Assembly (NCBI GenBank): GCA_963817385.1 | Contig: CAWFOM010000011.1 | Span: 1-30,464, forward strand | Source: an uncultured delta proteobacterium | GTDB taxonomy: Bacteria > Desulfobacterota > Syntrophia > Syntrophales > UBA5619 | Direction of reading: 5' to 3' | Length of the DNA stretch: 30,464 nt | Shown: positions 9,167 to 20,183 of the stretch, in pieces | Position numbering within the stretch: position 1 is the stretch's first letter | Layout: each line of letters starts with the position of its first letter | Program-made: the position numbers and the translations under genes | Notes under the pieces: model-generated | The model's database searches: none | Seen by the model: the letters and a program-made list of their open reading frames with translations, nothing else | What the model was told of the DNA's origin: nothing

Positions 9167-10075
9167 ATGAAAGAAATAAAACTCGGCCTGACTGTTCTGT
9201 GCATTCTGGGATCGCTGCTCGGACCGGCGGCGGCCGGCGCAGCGGAGGACAAAAGCATCGTCAAGATCGGCAGCGATGTGACGATCGAGGCGGGCCAGAA
9301 GGTCCGCACGGTGGTCGCCATCGGCGGCCAGATCACGGTCAACGGCACGGTGGAAAAGAACGTGGTCGCCGTCGGCGGCTCGGTGGTCCTGACGAAAACG
9401 GCGATAGTGGAGGGCAACGTCGTCTCTCTGGGCGGAGTGATCGTGATGGGTCGGGACGCGAGGGTCGACGGCAGCCTGACGGAGATCAACTCCTCCAATC
9501 TTTACGAAACCTTCACCACCGCCCTGAGCACCGAATGGGAAGGGTGGTCCTGGATCTTCGCTATTATCTCCCTTTCCATCTTCCTCGTCGTACTGGTCCT
9601 GGCGCTCCTGACCGTTGCCCTCCTGCCGAAGCCGGTCCGCATCATCTCGGAAGCAATCAGGGAAAATACGTTTAAAGTTGTTCTCTGCGGTCTTTTGGGA
9701 CTCGTCCTGATCGCCCCCCTGGCACTCCTCCTTACCATTTCGGTCGTGGGAATCGCGCTCATCCCGCTGGAGGTGATCGTCGTCGCCTGTTCCATCATCC
9801 TGGGTTTCATCTCCGTCGGCCAGCTTATCGGTAGAAAGGCCTTCCATCTGCTCAAACGCCCCAATCCGGGGATGATCCGCGAAACCCTCTGGGGGCTGAT
9901 CATCCTCTGGATCATCGGCTGGATCCCCTACATCGGCTGGATGGTCAAGGCCGTCGCCATTGTCGTCGGCCTGGGGGCCACCCTTATCACCCGCTTCGGG
10001 ACCCACCAGGGATGGAGATGCACGCCGCCCGGACCCGTAGCCGGCGATGTCGGCAGCCCGGACCCGATGATTTGA
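9167..10075 (+). CDS. Membrane protein with N-terminal beta-helix (polymer-forming/bactofilin-like) repeats
   Basis: Signal peptide; repeats VVAIGGQITV.G.V / VVAVGGSVVL...AIVEG / VVSLGGVIVM...ARVDG; several C-terminal TM helices; GAGGAG RBS. Confidence 0.65.
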   Translation: MKEIKLGLTVLCILGSLLGPAAAGAAEDKSIVKIGSDVTIEAGQKVRTVVAIGGQITVNGTVEKNVVAVGGSVVLTKTAIVEGNVVSLGGVIVMGRDARVDGSLTEINSSNLYETFTTALSTEWEGWSWIFAIISLSIFLVVLVLALLTVALLPKPVRIISEAIRENTFKVVLCGLLGLVLIAPLALLLTISVVGIALIPLEVIVVACSIILGFISVGQLIGRKAFHLLKRPNPGMIRETLWGLIILWIIGWIPYIGWMVKAVAIVVGLGATLITRFGTHQGWRCTPPGPVAGDVGSPDPMI

Positions 10076-10097
10076 CCCATGCACACCCCGTGCGGCT

Positions 10098-10134
10098 AAA
10101 AAAAGGGCCTCCCTGCGCGGGAAGGCCCTTTTTT
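10098..10134. terminator. Bidirectional intrinsic terminator
   Basis: AAAAAAA-GGGCCTCCC-TGCGC-GGGAAGGCCC-TTTTTT between convergent genes. Confidence 0.85.
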
Positions 10135-10155
10135 CATGAAATCCTTTACCGATCA

Positions 10156-11148
<993 letters not shown>

Positions 11149-11276
11149 TTATATAAGCTTCCGTCTCCGGGACGCATAACACATGCCACCGGGGAGTGCA
11201 AGAAATAATTCTTTGACGGATCGTGGCGCGTGAGGCGGATCGGTTCGCAAGCGACTCTGTCCGCTGGGAGAGATTG

Positions 11277-12629
11277 ATGGCTACATTGTTCGGTACGGAC
11301 GGGATTCGGGGGGTCGCGAACGAATACCCCATGACGGCGGAAATGGCCATGAACATCGGCCGCGCCACGGCGCATCTCTTCAAGAAAAAGGGCCACGTTC
11401 CCAAGATCATCATCGGCAAGGACACCCGCGTTTCGGGATACATGCTGGAGAATGCCCTCGTCTCCGGAATCTGTTCCATGGGGGTGAACGCCATCCTGGT
11501 CGGGGTAATCCCGACGCCGGGGATCGCCTTTCTCACCGGCAGCATGCGGGCCGATGCGGGCATTGTCATCTCGGCTTCGCACAATCCGTTTCAGGACAAC
11601 GGCATCAAGATCTTCGGGGGCGAGGGGTTCAAACTCCCCGATGAGACGGAAGCGGCCATCGAGGGGATCATCTTCGCCAACAACTTTCACACCGTCCGCC
11701 CGTCGCCCGCGGAACTGGGAAAGGCCTACCGCATGGACGACGCCCGGGGGCGCTACATCGTCTTCCTCAAGCATACCTTCCCCAAGGAACTGTCCCTGGA
11801 GGGGAGCCGGATCGTCCTGGACTGCTCCCACGGCGCCACCTACCGGGTCGCCCCGGACACCTTTACCGAACTGGGGGCCGAGGTATCCACCCTCTTCGAC
11901 GAACCGAACGGGAAGAACATCAACCTCCACTGCGGCTCCCAGCATCCCGAGGCGCTGGCAGCGGAGGTGCTCCGGACCAAGGCGGAGGTCGGCTTCGCCT
12001 TCGACGGCGACGGCGACCGCCTGATCGCCGTGGACGAGACGGGGCGGGTCCTGACCGGGGACCAGGTCCTCGCCGTCTGCGCCAACGTGATGAAAAAGGA
12101 AGGCCAACTCACCGGCAATCTCGTCGTTCGGACGGTGATGAGCAACATCGGCCTGAGCGTCGCTCTGAAGTCGCTCGAGATCGACTCGGTGATGGCAAAG
12201 GTCGGCGACCGCTACGTCCTCGAGGAGATGCAGGCGCACGGGGCCGTGATCGGCGGCGAGGATTCCGGCCATATGATATTCCTGCAGCACCACACGACGG
12301 GGGACGGGATCATCACCGCCCTCCAGGTTGCGGCAGCGATGAAAAAGGAAGGCAAGCCGCTTTCCGAGCTCGCCAGGATCATGAAGGTCTACCCCCAGGT
12401 CCTGATCAACGTGGACGTCAAGGTGCGGCCGGAGATCGATTCGGTGCCCGAGATCGTGGCGGCCATCCGGGAAGTGGAGACAGCGCTGGGTGACCAGGGG
12501 CGGGTCCTGGTCCGTTACTCGGGAACCCAGAACCTGTGCCGGGTGATGGTCGAGGGGCCCTCGCAGGAGGAAACGACGCGGTACTGCCGGCAGATCGCCG
12601 ACGTCGCGGAAAGATCACTCAATCCGTGA
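11277..12629 (+). CDS. glmM: Phosphoglucosamine mutase
   Basis: LFGTDGIRG, GKDTRVSGYMLE, ISASHNPFQDNGIK, AFDGDGDR, VGDRYV, GGEDSGH, VRYSGT. Confidence 0.93.
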   Translation: MATLFGTDGIRGVANEYPMTAEMAMNIGRATAHLFKKKGHVPKIIIGKDTRVSGYMLENALVSGICSMGVNAILVGVIPTPGIAFLTGSMRADAGIVISASHNPFQDNGIKIFGGEGFKLPDETEAAIEGIIFANNFHTVRPSPAELGKAYRMDDARGRYIVFLKHTFPKELSLEGSRIVLDCSHGATYRVAPDTFTELGAEVSTLFDEPNGKNINLHCGSQHPEALAAEVLRTKAEVGFAFDGDGDRLIAVDETGRVLTGDQVLAVCANVMKKEGQLTGNLVVRTVMSNIGLSVALKSLEIDSVMAKVGDRYVLEEMQAHGAVIGGEDSGHMIFLQHHTTGDGIITALQVAAAMKKEGKPLSELARIMKVYPQVLINVDVKVRPEIDSVPEIVAAIREVETALGDQGRVLVRYSGTQNLCRVMVEGPSQEETTRYCRQIADVAERSLNP

Positions 12630-12795
12630 TTTCCGGCGACCCTCCGCCCTCCTTCTTTCGCAACCTTCCTTAGCTCATCCCCTATTTCTATCCCCACCGG
12701 ACCTCCTCTCCATTGTTTTTTCCCCCGGTATCTGGTATGAACACGAATCACGTCGGAACACCACCCGGCAGAGGGGAAACCACAGAGACAGGAAC

Positions 12796-15788
12796 ATGGC
12801 CAATCGCATCGAGATCGGATTCAGGGCGGGGATCAGGGACGCCCTCGGCGAAAAGATCAAACGGAGGATCATCGAACACCTCCGCATCCCGGTGGATTCC
12901 GTCAAGACCATCGAAGTGTACACTATCGACGCCCCCCTCACCCCGGAGGAGCTGGAACTGGCCGCCCGCGGCCCCCTCTCCGACCCCGTGATCCAGGAGT
13001 ACGCCGTCGACCGGCCTCTCGCCCGCGGTTTCGACTGGCTGATCGAGGTGGGGTTTCGCCCCGGCGTGACGGACAACGTGGGAAAGACGGCCGCGGAGGC
13101 GATCGCCCTGCTCGTCGGGAAACCCCTCCGGGTCACTACCTCCCGGCAGTACGCGATCGGCGCCGTCCGCGGCCGGTGCGACCTCGATCTCCTCACCCGG
13201 GGCGACGCGGAGCGGATCGCCTCGGAACTTCTGGCCAACGACCTCATCCAGCGCTTCGACATCATCGACGGCCGTGCCTGGGATCCGGCGAAAAGGATCA
13301 TACCCTACGTCCCGCGCGTCTCGGGGAGGAGAATCCCCGTACGGAGCCGATCGAACTCGATTGCCCGGACGAGGAGCTTGTCCGGATCAGCAACGAGCGG
13401 GTCCTTGCGCTCACCCTCGACGAGATGCGGATCCTCCGGGACTACCTGAAGAACGAGACGGTCCTGGCCCGGAGAAAAGAGGTCGGCCTCGGCGCGCGGA
13501 TGACCGATGCGGAGCTGGAGTGCCTCGCCCAGACCTGGTCCGAGCACTGCAAGCACAAGATCTTCAACGCCCGGATCGTCTACGACGACGGCGAGGGGCG
13601 CATCTCCGAGATCGACTCCCTTTTCAGCTCCTGCATCAAGCGGTCGACCCGCGAGATCAGGGAGCGGATGGGGGCCGACGACTGGTGCCTCTCCGTCTTC
13701 TCCGACAACGCCGGGATCATCCGCTTCAACGACGACTGGAACCTCGTCTTCAAGGTGGAGACCCACAACTCCCCGTCGGCGCTCGACCCCTACGGCGGGG
13801 CGCTCACCGGCATCGTCGGCGTCAACCGGGACCCCTTCGGCTGCGGGAAGGGGGCGAAGCTCATCTTCAACACGGACGTCTTCTGTTTTGCGCCGCCCGA
13901 CTATGACAAACCCCTGCCGAAGCGGATCCTCCACCCGCGGCGGATCTACGAAGGGGTCCGGGAGGGGGTGGAGCACGGCGGGAACAAGAGCGGCATCCCC
14001 ACGGTGAACGGCTGCCTCGTCTTCGACGAACGCTACCTCGGGAAACCCCTCGTCTACTGCGGCACGGGGGGGATCATGCCCGCCCGGATCAACGGCGAGC
14101 CGACCCACACCAAGGAGATCCTCCCGGGCGATCTGGTCGTCATGACCGGCGGCAGGATCGGCAAGGACGGGATCCACGGGGCGACCTTCTCCTCCGAGGA
14201 ACTCCACGAAGGCTCCCCCGTCACGGCGGTCCAGATCGGGGACCCGATCACCCAGAAGAAGATGACCGATTTCCTCCTCATCGCCCGCGATCGCGGCCTC
14301 TACCGCGCCATCACCGACAACGGGGCGGGCGGCCTCTCCTCCTCCGTGGGCGAGACGGCGCAGATCTCCGGCGGCTGCGAGGTCGATCTGGCCAAGGCGC
14401 CCCTCAAGTATCCCGGCCTCAACCCCTGGGAGATCCTCATCTCGGAGTCCCAGGAGCGAATGACGCTGGCCGTCGACCCGGCGAAGATCGACGCCTTTCT
14501 CTGCCTCGCCCGGAAGATGGACGTGGAGGCGACGGTGCTCGGCCGTTATACCGATTCCGGCTGGTTCCACATCCGCTACGGCGAGGAGACCGTGGCGTAC
14601 ATCGAGATGTCCTTCCTCCACGAAGGCCTCCCGCAGATGACGCTGAAAGCCGCCTGGTCGGCGCCGCGCCATGAGGAACCCGCGTTCCCCGAACCGGCGG
14701 ATCTCGGGGGGGCTCTCCGGGCGTTGCTCTCGCGCCTCAACATCTGCAGCAAGGAATCGGTCGTCCGCCAGTACGACCATGAGGTCCAGGGGGGAAGCGT
14801 GGTCAAGCCCCTGACCGGGGTCGCCAACGACGGCCCGAGCGACGCCGCCGTCATCCGGCCCCTCCTCGATTCGTTCGAAGGGATCGTCGTCGCCAACGGC
14901 ATCTGCCCCCGTTACAGCGACATCGACGCCTACCACATGGCCGCGGCCGCCATCGACGAGGCGGTCCGGAACGCGATCGCCGTCGGGGCCCCGCTCGACC
15001 GGCTGGCGGGGCTCGACAACTTCTGCTGGTGCGACCCGGTCCGCTCGGAGAAGACTCCGGACGGTGAGTACAAGCTCGCCCAGCTTGTCCGGGCGAATCA
15101 GGCCCTCTACGACATCACGACCGCCTACGGCGTCCCCTGCATCTCGGGGAAGGACAGCATGAAGAACGACTACCAGATCGGAGAGGTCCGGATCTCGATC
15201 CCCCCCACCCTCCTCTTCTCGACACTAGGGAAGATGGAGGACGTGCGAAAGGCCGTGACGATGGACGCGAAAAAGGCGGGGGATCTCGTCTACGCACTCG
15301 GGACCACATTCCCGGAGCTCGGCGCGTCGGAGTGGTACGCCCTCCACGGCGCTGTCGGGAAACTCCGTCCCGAAGGTCCGCCCCGAAACGGCAAAGGACC
15401 TCTACGAGGCCCTGCACCGGGCGATCGCGGCGGGGCTGGTCGCCTCCTGCCACGACTGCTCCGACGGGGGGCTCGGCGTGGCGCTCGCCGAGACGGCGTT
15501 CGCCGGCGGCCTGGGGCTGGAGATCGACCTCCGAAAGGTACCGGCGGAGGGGATCGCCCGGAATGACGAGATGCTCTTCTCGGAATCGCAGAGCCGCTTC
15601 GTCGTGACGATCCGGCCGACGTCGCGGGAGGCCTTCGAGGCAACGCTTGACGGGATCGGCCTGCGCGCGGATCGGGACGGTCATCCCCGAAGGGGCTGCT
15701 CAGGATCGACGGCCTCGGGGGAAAAAGGATCATCGAAGAGGATATCGCCGCGCTCAAGGCGGCATGGCAGAAACCGCTCGCCTTCTGA
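12796..15788 (+). CDS. purL: Phosphoribosylformylglycinamidine synthase PurL with N-terminal PurS-like extension; four apparent frameshifts (near 13325, 15361, 15658, 15693)
   Basis: AQTWSEHCKHKIF, KVETHNSPSALDPYGGA, DGIHGATFSS, VQIGDP, ISESQERM, RQYDHEVQ, ISGKDS; after re-framing SCHDCSDGGLGVALAE, LFSESQSRF and AAWQKPLAF*. Confidence 0.9.
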
Positions 15789-15866
15789 CGGGGGGAGCTC
15801 ACGGCGGATGGGCGTCATGCCCCTTGCAGGATCGCATTGCAGATCCCAGAAACAGGATAGAACACC

Positions 15867-16694
15867 ATGCCGCAGCAAATCAAAGCGATCGTCATCACCG
15901 GAAACGGAACGAACTGCGAAACGGAGATGGCCCATGCCTGCCGGCTCGCCGGTTTCGATACCGTGGAGATCGTTCACATCAGCGAGCTCCTCTGCAGCCA
16001 GAAGCGCCTCGACGATTACCATTTCCTGAACCTGCCCGGCGGCTTTCTCGACGGCGACGACCTCGGCTCGGCCAAGGCGGGGGCGAATCGGATTCTCCAT
16101 GCAGCCGTAGCCGGGGGCGAGGAGAAGCTCTTCGCCCAGTTCACCCGGTTCATCGCGGCGGGGAAACTGATCCTCGGCGTCTGTAACGGCTTCCAGCTCC
16201 TCGTCAAGCTCGGGATGCTCCCCGGCTTCGACGGACAGTACAACCGGCAGACCGTGACCTTGACCTTCAACGACTCGGGGCGGTTCGAGGACCGATGGGT
16301 CCATCTCCGCGTCGATCCCGCCTCCCCCTGCATCTTCACCCGAGGAATTGCGGGCATCACCCTCCCCGTCCGTCATGGCGAGGGCAAATTCGTCGCGCAG
16401 GATGAGGGGATTCTGGGAAGACTCCACCGGGAACGCCTGATTGCCCTTGAGTACAGCGACGAGCAGTACCGCAAGGCGACGCTGGACTACCCGGCGAATC
16501 CCAACGGCGCCGTGGACGGGATCGCCGGGATCTGCAACCAAACGGGACGGATCTTCGGCATGATGCCCCACCCGGAAGCCTTCCTCCACCGGACAAACCA
16601 CCCCCGCTGGACGCGGGAGGAGCTCCCCGAAGAGGGAATGGGCCTCGCCCTCTTCCGGAATGCCGCCGCCTTCCTCCGGAGCGGCGCCTTTTAG
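15867..16694 (+). CDS. purQ: FGAM synthase glutaminase subunit PurQ
   Basis: GTNCETE, PGGFLDGDDL, LGVCNGFQ (catalytic Cys), HGEG, NPNG, MMPHPE. Confidence 0.95.
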   Translation: MPQQIKAIVITGNGTNCETEMAHACRLAGFDTVEIVHISELLCSQKRLDDYHFLNLPGGFLDGDDLGSAKAGANRILHAAVAGGEEKLFAQFTRFIAAGKLILGVCNGFQLLVKLGMLPGFDGQYNRQTVTLTFNDSGRFEDRWVHLRVDPASPCIFTRGIAGITLPVRHGEGKFVAQDEGILGRLHRERLIALEYSDEQYRKATLDYPANPNGAVDGIAGICNQTGRIFGMMPHPEAFLHRTNHPRWTREELPEEGMGLALFRNAAAFLRSGAF

Positions 16695-16740
16695 CGGTTC
16701 TCCTCTCAGCCGGAATTGCCTTGCATGCGACACACCATCT

Positions 16741-16769
16741 TGCGGCAAAATCTCACCTGCGGCAAAATC
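16741..16769 (+). repeat. 12-bp direct repeat TGCGGCAAAATC x2, candidate regulator binding site
   Basis: Copies at 16741-16752 and 16758-16769 (17-bp period), ending 4 nt before a -35 box. Confidence 0.7.
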
Positions 16770-16773
16770 GCCC

Positions 16774-16802
16774 TTGACATACCCGCCCCCGCCCCTTATC
16801 CT
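16774..16802 (+). promoter_or_regulatory. Sigma70-type promoter for the prenyltransferase operon
   Basis: TTGACA (16774-16779), 17 nt spacer, TATCCT (16797-16802). Confidence 0.65.
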
Positions 16803-16847
16803 CGACTTATAAAAGAACAAGTTCCAGCAATTCAAGGAGGGAAATCC

Positions 16848-17786
16848 GTGATCCGCTCTCCCTGGGTCCGAGCAGCCCGTCTCCAATTGCACACCATCGG
16901 TTTTACCCCTCTGTTGCTGGGAAATATTTTAGCGTGGTACGAGCACGGGTATTTCAGCTGGCCGCGATTTGTCCTATCCTTTCTCATCGGTCTCTTGATT
17001 CATCTCGTCACGGCGTTTGTCAACGACGTGGCAGATATCCACACGGATGAAGCCAACCTTTCACGGACCCCCTTTTCCGGAGGTTCGGGTGTTGTGGTGG
17101 AAGGACAGTTGTCGCGTTCCGACCTGGTAAGGGGCGCAAGCTGGGCAGCCTTTTTGGCCATCGTCCTGACCGGCGTGATGATCTTCGGATTGCATGTTCA
17201 CTGGGGAATCCTGCTGTTTGTGGGCTGGGGCATAGTGAGTGCGGCGGAATACAGCCTCCCTCCCGTGAAGTTGTCATACCGGGGAGGGGGTGAATTTCTG
17301 GTCCTCGTGACGTACAGTGTTGCGCTCGTTTGGGCAGGCTATTTTGTGCAGGCCGGGCCGGCTTATTCGCCCCTGGTCTGGGCCTTGAGCACACCCATTG
17401 GATTTGCCGTTTTTTCCTTGATCACTGTTACTCAATTCCCTGACCTGGACCCGGACCGTAAGGCCAAGAAGCGTTCGCTTGTCATCGTGTTCGGTGTCAA
17501 ACAGACCCTTCGCATTGTTTCGCTGGCTGTCGCGTTGAGCATGCTCAGCGTGATGGTCTTCCTCCTGACGGGTGCCGTTCCCGTCTGGCCGGGCGCACTT
17601 TCTCTCCTCTCTCTGCCCCTCGGTTATCGATTGCTGAAAAGGATGTTTCGCTGCAACGAGGAAGGGATTGTCCTGTATGCAAAGCTCAGTCAGGAGACAT
17701 TGATTCTGACCCTTTGGCTCGGTTTGGCGCCGGCCCTCGGGTTGATTCTGGATCGCTGGCTGGGTAAACCGGGATGGGGGGTTTAA
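16848..17786 (+). CDS. UbiA-superfamily prenyltransferase (MenA/UBIAD1-like)
   Basis: AAGGAGG RBS plus GTG; WVRAAR, NDVADIHTD, FSGGSG, YSLPPVKLSYRGGGE, PDLDPD...KRSL; multi-TM. Confidence 0.85.
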   Translation: MIRSPWVRAARLQLHTIGFTPLLLGNILAWYEHGYFSWPRFVLSFLIGLLIHLVTAFVNDVADIHTDEANLSRTPFSGGSGVVVEGQLSRSDLVRGASWAAFLAIVLTGVMIFGLHVHWGILLFVGWGIVSAAEYSLPPVKLSYRGGGEFLVLVTYSVALVWAGYFVQAGPAYSPLVWALSTPIGFAVFSLITVTQFPDLDPDRKAKKRSLVIVFGVKQTLRIVSLAVALSMLSVMVFLLTGAVPVWPGALSLLSLPLGYRLLKRMFRCNEEGIVLYAKLSQETLILTLWLGLAPALGLILDRWLGKPGWGV

Positions 17787-17826
17787 TTGGTTTGGTTGCG
17801 GCCATAGGCCCGCGTCAGGGGAATGT

Positions 17827-19470
17827 GTGAGGACCTTTCGAATCATTCTTGGGGTGTGTATCGATCTTATCCTTTTCGGTGCGCTCGTTCCCTGGGCGAT
17901 GCTCCGGGCGGGACGCATGCTCGATACGGCGTTTCCCATTCCTCTGAACCTCAACGGCCTCCTTTTCGACATCCTTGGAATCGCGACAATGGTGTTTGGG
18001 GCCGCATGGCTCTTTTGGGCCTGGTACCTGCTTGTGAGAAGAGGCCGTGGGTACATGACCGAGCTCTTCGGCATAGAAATTTCGCCCATAACGGAACTGC
18101 TGGTCACCAGCGGGCCATTTTCCGTCCATAGACATCCGGTTTGCGTAGGCTATCTTTTGATCCTCGCGGGAACCGGCCTGGTGATCGGTTCGCCCGGGTT
18201 AACCGCGCTTTGTGTTCCCTTGCTTTTTCCCTTTGTTTACATCTATTTGCGTATTTTTGAAGAACCATCACTGCAAAGACGGTTTGGGCATGATTATGAA
18301 GCCTATTCGGGGCATGTCCCCATGTTTTTTCCGTACAACCGAAACAGAGTTCCCGTCGCCTCCAAGAACCTCCGTGCGGACCGCGTTCGCTTGACGGTTA
18401 ATGTCATCGGTGTGGCCTTTGCCGTTCTGCTCATCTGTTTTCAACTATCCGTCCTCAAGGGAACCCGTACGCAGATCACAACGTACATCGATCACACAGG
18501 CGCGGATATCTGGGCCATGCAAAAGGGGGTGGATGACTTTGTTGCAACCTCCGCGGTGCCAAGGGAAAGCGTTGACGCCCTGAAAAGGCTGAATGGAGTT
18601 AAAAGGGCGGCCGGTATCTATGCCATTTATACCCTCCTGGAGATCAACGGGGTAAAATCCAGAGTTTACGTGATCGGTTATGATACCGAGTCGGGCGATG
18701 GCGGCCCGTGGAAGCTGGGAAAGACCCTACCCCACATCCGGGACGCCCATTCACTCGGGCAAGACGAAGTCCTGCTCGACGAAAATCTTGCCCGTCGCCA
18801 TGGCCTCGAACCGGGAGATCGTGTGTCCTTCTTTGGCCATTCGTTCACCGTCGCCGGATTTACGTTGGAAACGACCTCCATCGGCAGCCAATATGCCTTT
18901 CTGCCCAGACAGACCATCGGTCGAATACTGCCGGGCGGACAATTCTCCTTTACCCACGTGCTTGTATGGTCAAATGGAACGGTTCCCGATCGGGACATGG
19001 TCCACCGCATTGGAGAAGCAACCGGCCTGAGCAGCCTGACAAGAGATGCGCTTGCCACAAATATGCGTGAGTTTCTCGGTATGTTCATGCTGCCCCTGTT
19101 GACCGCAGGCGTGGCCATGGGTTTTTTAGTCGGATCCATAACCATCGGCATTACCCTTTACACGGCCGTTCTGGAGCGGATTAAAGAGTACGGTACCATG
19201 AAGGCCCTGGGCGCTACGGACTGGTTCCTCTTTGGCGTTCTTTTGAGGCAATCTCTTATCTCGCTGGTGATAGGCAATGTGATGGGGCTGATTCTTGGAG
19301 CATTCGCCAATCATTTCATCAATCAATGGGTCCCCGGAATGACGGCCAGGCTGGATGGTTCAATCACGATGCAGACTGTCCTTGCCGGTTTGATCATGGC
19401 GGTCTTAAGCACGGGCCTGCCCATGTGGCGGCTGCTCAGGCTCGATCCGATGGAGATCTTCCGGTCATGA
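17827..19470 (+). CDS. Fusion: ICMT/PEMT-like integral membrane methyltransferase plus MacB/FtsX-type ABC permease
   Basis: N-terminal ~170 aa has LVTSGPFSVHRHP and EEPSLQRRFGHDYEAY...VPMFFP. It continues in frame into ASKNL...R.RL...GVAFAV, ADIW, LYTAVLERIKEYGTMKALGA and RLDPMEIFRS. Confidence 0.85.
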   Translation: MRTFRIILGVCIDLILFGALVPWAMLRAGRMLDTAFPIPLNLNGLLFDILGIATMVFGAAWLFWAWYLLVRRGRGYMTELFGIEISPITELLVTSGPFSVHRHPVCVGYLLILAGTGLVIGSPGLTALCVPLLFPFVYIYLRIFEEPSLQRRFGHDYEAYSGHVPMFFPYNRNRVPVASKNLRADRVRLTVNVIGVAFAVLLICFQLSVLKGTRTQITTYIDHTGADIWAMQKGVDDFVATSAVPRESVDALKRLNGVKRAAGIYAIYTLLEINGVKSRVYVIGYDTESGDGGPWKLGKTLPHIRDAHSLGQDEVLLDENLARRHGLEPGDRVSFFGHSFTVAGFTLETTSIGSQYAFLPRQTIGRILPGGQFSFTHVLVWSNGTVPDRDMVHRIGEATGLSSLTRDALATNMREFLGMFMLPLLTAGVAMGFLVGSITIGITLYTAVLERIKEYGTMKALGATDWFLFGVLLRQSLISLVIGNVMGLILGAFANHFINQWVPGMTARLDGSITMQTVLAGLIMAVLSTGLPMWRLLRLDPMEIFRS

Positions 19471-20183
19471 CTCATTTCATTGAAGCGCTCGACCTGTCCC
19501 GGAGCTTTGGAAAGAGTACCACCGAGGTTCTGGCGGTCAATCATGTCTCTCTCAGTATCGGCGCCGGGGAATTCCTTATGCTCATGGGACCTTCAGGCAG
19601 CGGCAAGACCACCCTTCTTGCCATGCTGGGGTGTATTCTCAAACCTTCTTCAGGTCACATCCGGGTGCTGGGAAAAGAGGTCGGCGTTTTATCTTCAAGG
19701 GCGCTCGCCCGGCTTCGGGGGGAATCCATCGGATTTGTTTTCCAGGGCTTCAATCTCCTGTCCGCATTGACCGCGTGGGAGAATGTCGCACTGGTCGGTG
19801 ATTTTCTCTTAAGGCGTCCTCGAAACGTCCGCTCCCGCTCCATTGAAATCCTCAAGAGAATAGGACTCGGCCATCGTATTCACCACCTCCCGGCGGACCT
19901 TTCAGCCGGAGAAAAACAGCGCGTCGCCTTTGCCCGGGCTCTGGTAAATAGCCCCAAGATCATTCTGGCCGATGAGCCCACGGCCAATCTCGATGCGGAC
20001 AACCGGGACATGGTCGTCGGGTTGCTTCGGCAGGCGGTAGAGGAGCAAAACGTCAGCGTCATCATTGCGACCCACGATGAACGGATTCAGCGGGTTGCTG
20101 ACCGCATCGTCCGGATCGAAGATGGGCGCCTGACGGACGACCGGAGACACGATCCTCAGCATTCGGGGCCGGTGATTCCATGA
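19467..20183 (+). CDS. ABC transporter ATP-binding protein (LolD/MacB-type)
   Basis: GPSGSGKTT, IGFVFQGFNL, LSAGEKQRVAFARAL, ILADEPTANLD, ATHD; ATGA overlaps on both sides. Confidence 0.92.
   Translation: MTHFIEALDLSRSFGKSTTEVLAVNHVSLSIGAGEFLMLMGPSGSGKTTLLAMLGCILKPSSGHIRVLGKEVGVLSSRALARLRGESIGFVFQGFNLLSALTAWENVALVGDFLLRRPRNVRSRSIEILKRIGLGHRIHHLPADLSAGEKQRVAFARALVNSPKIILADEPTANLDADNRDMVVGLLRQAVEEQNVSVIIATHDERIQRVADRIVRIEDGRLTDDRRHDPQHSGPVIP

Noticed and set aside
13305..14936. 543-aa minus-strand ORF, and similar long antisense ORFs at 10012..11139, 11136..12293, 15681..16892, 25187..26236, 27146..28495 and 28971..29969
   Set aside because: Shadow ORFs opposite well-supported genes in GC-rich, codon-biased DNA; no recognisable motifs.
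12796..15788. Programmed frameshifting or true pseudogenisation of purL
   Set aside because: No slippery heptamer with a downstream structure was seen, shifts go in both directions and similar indels are scattered across unrelated genes.
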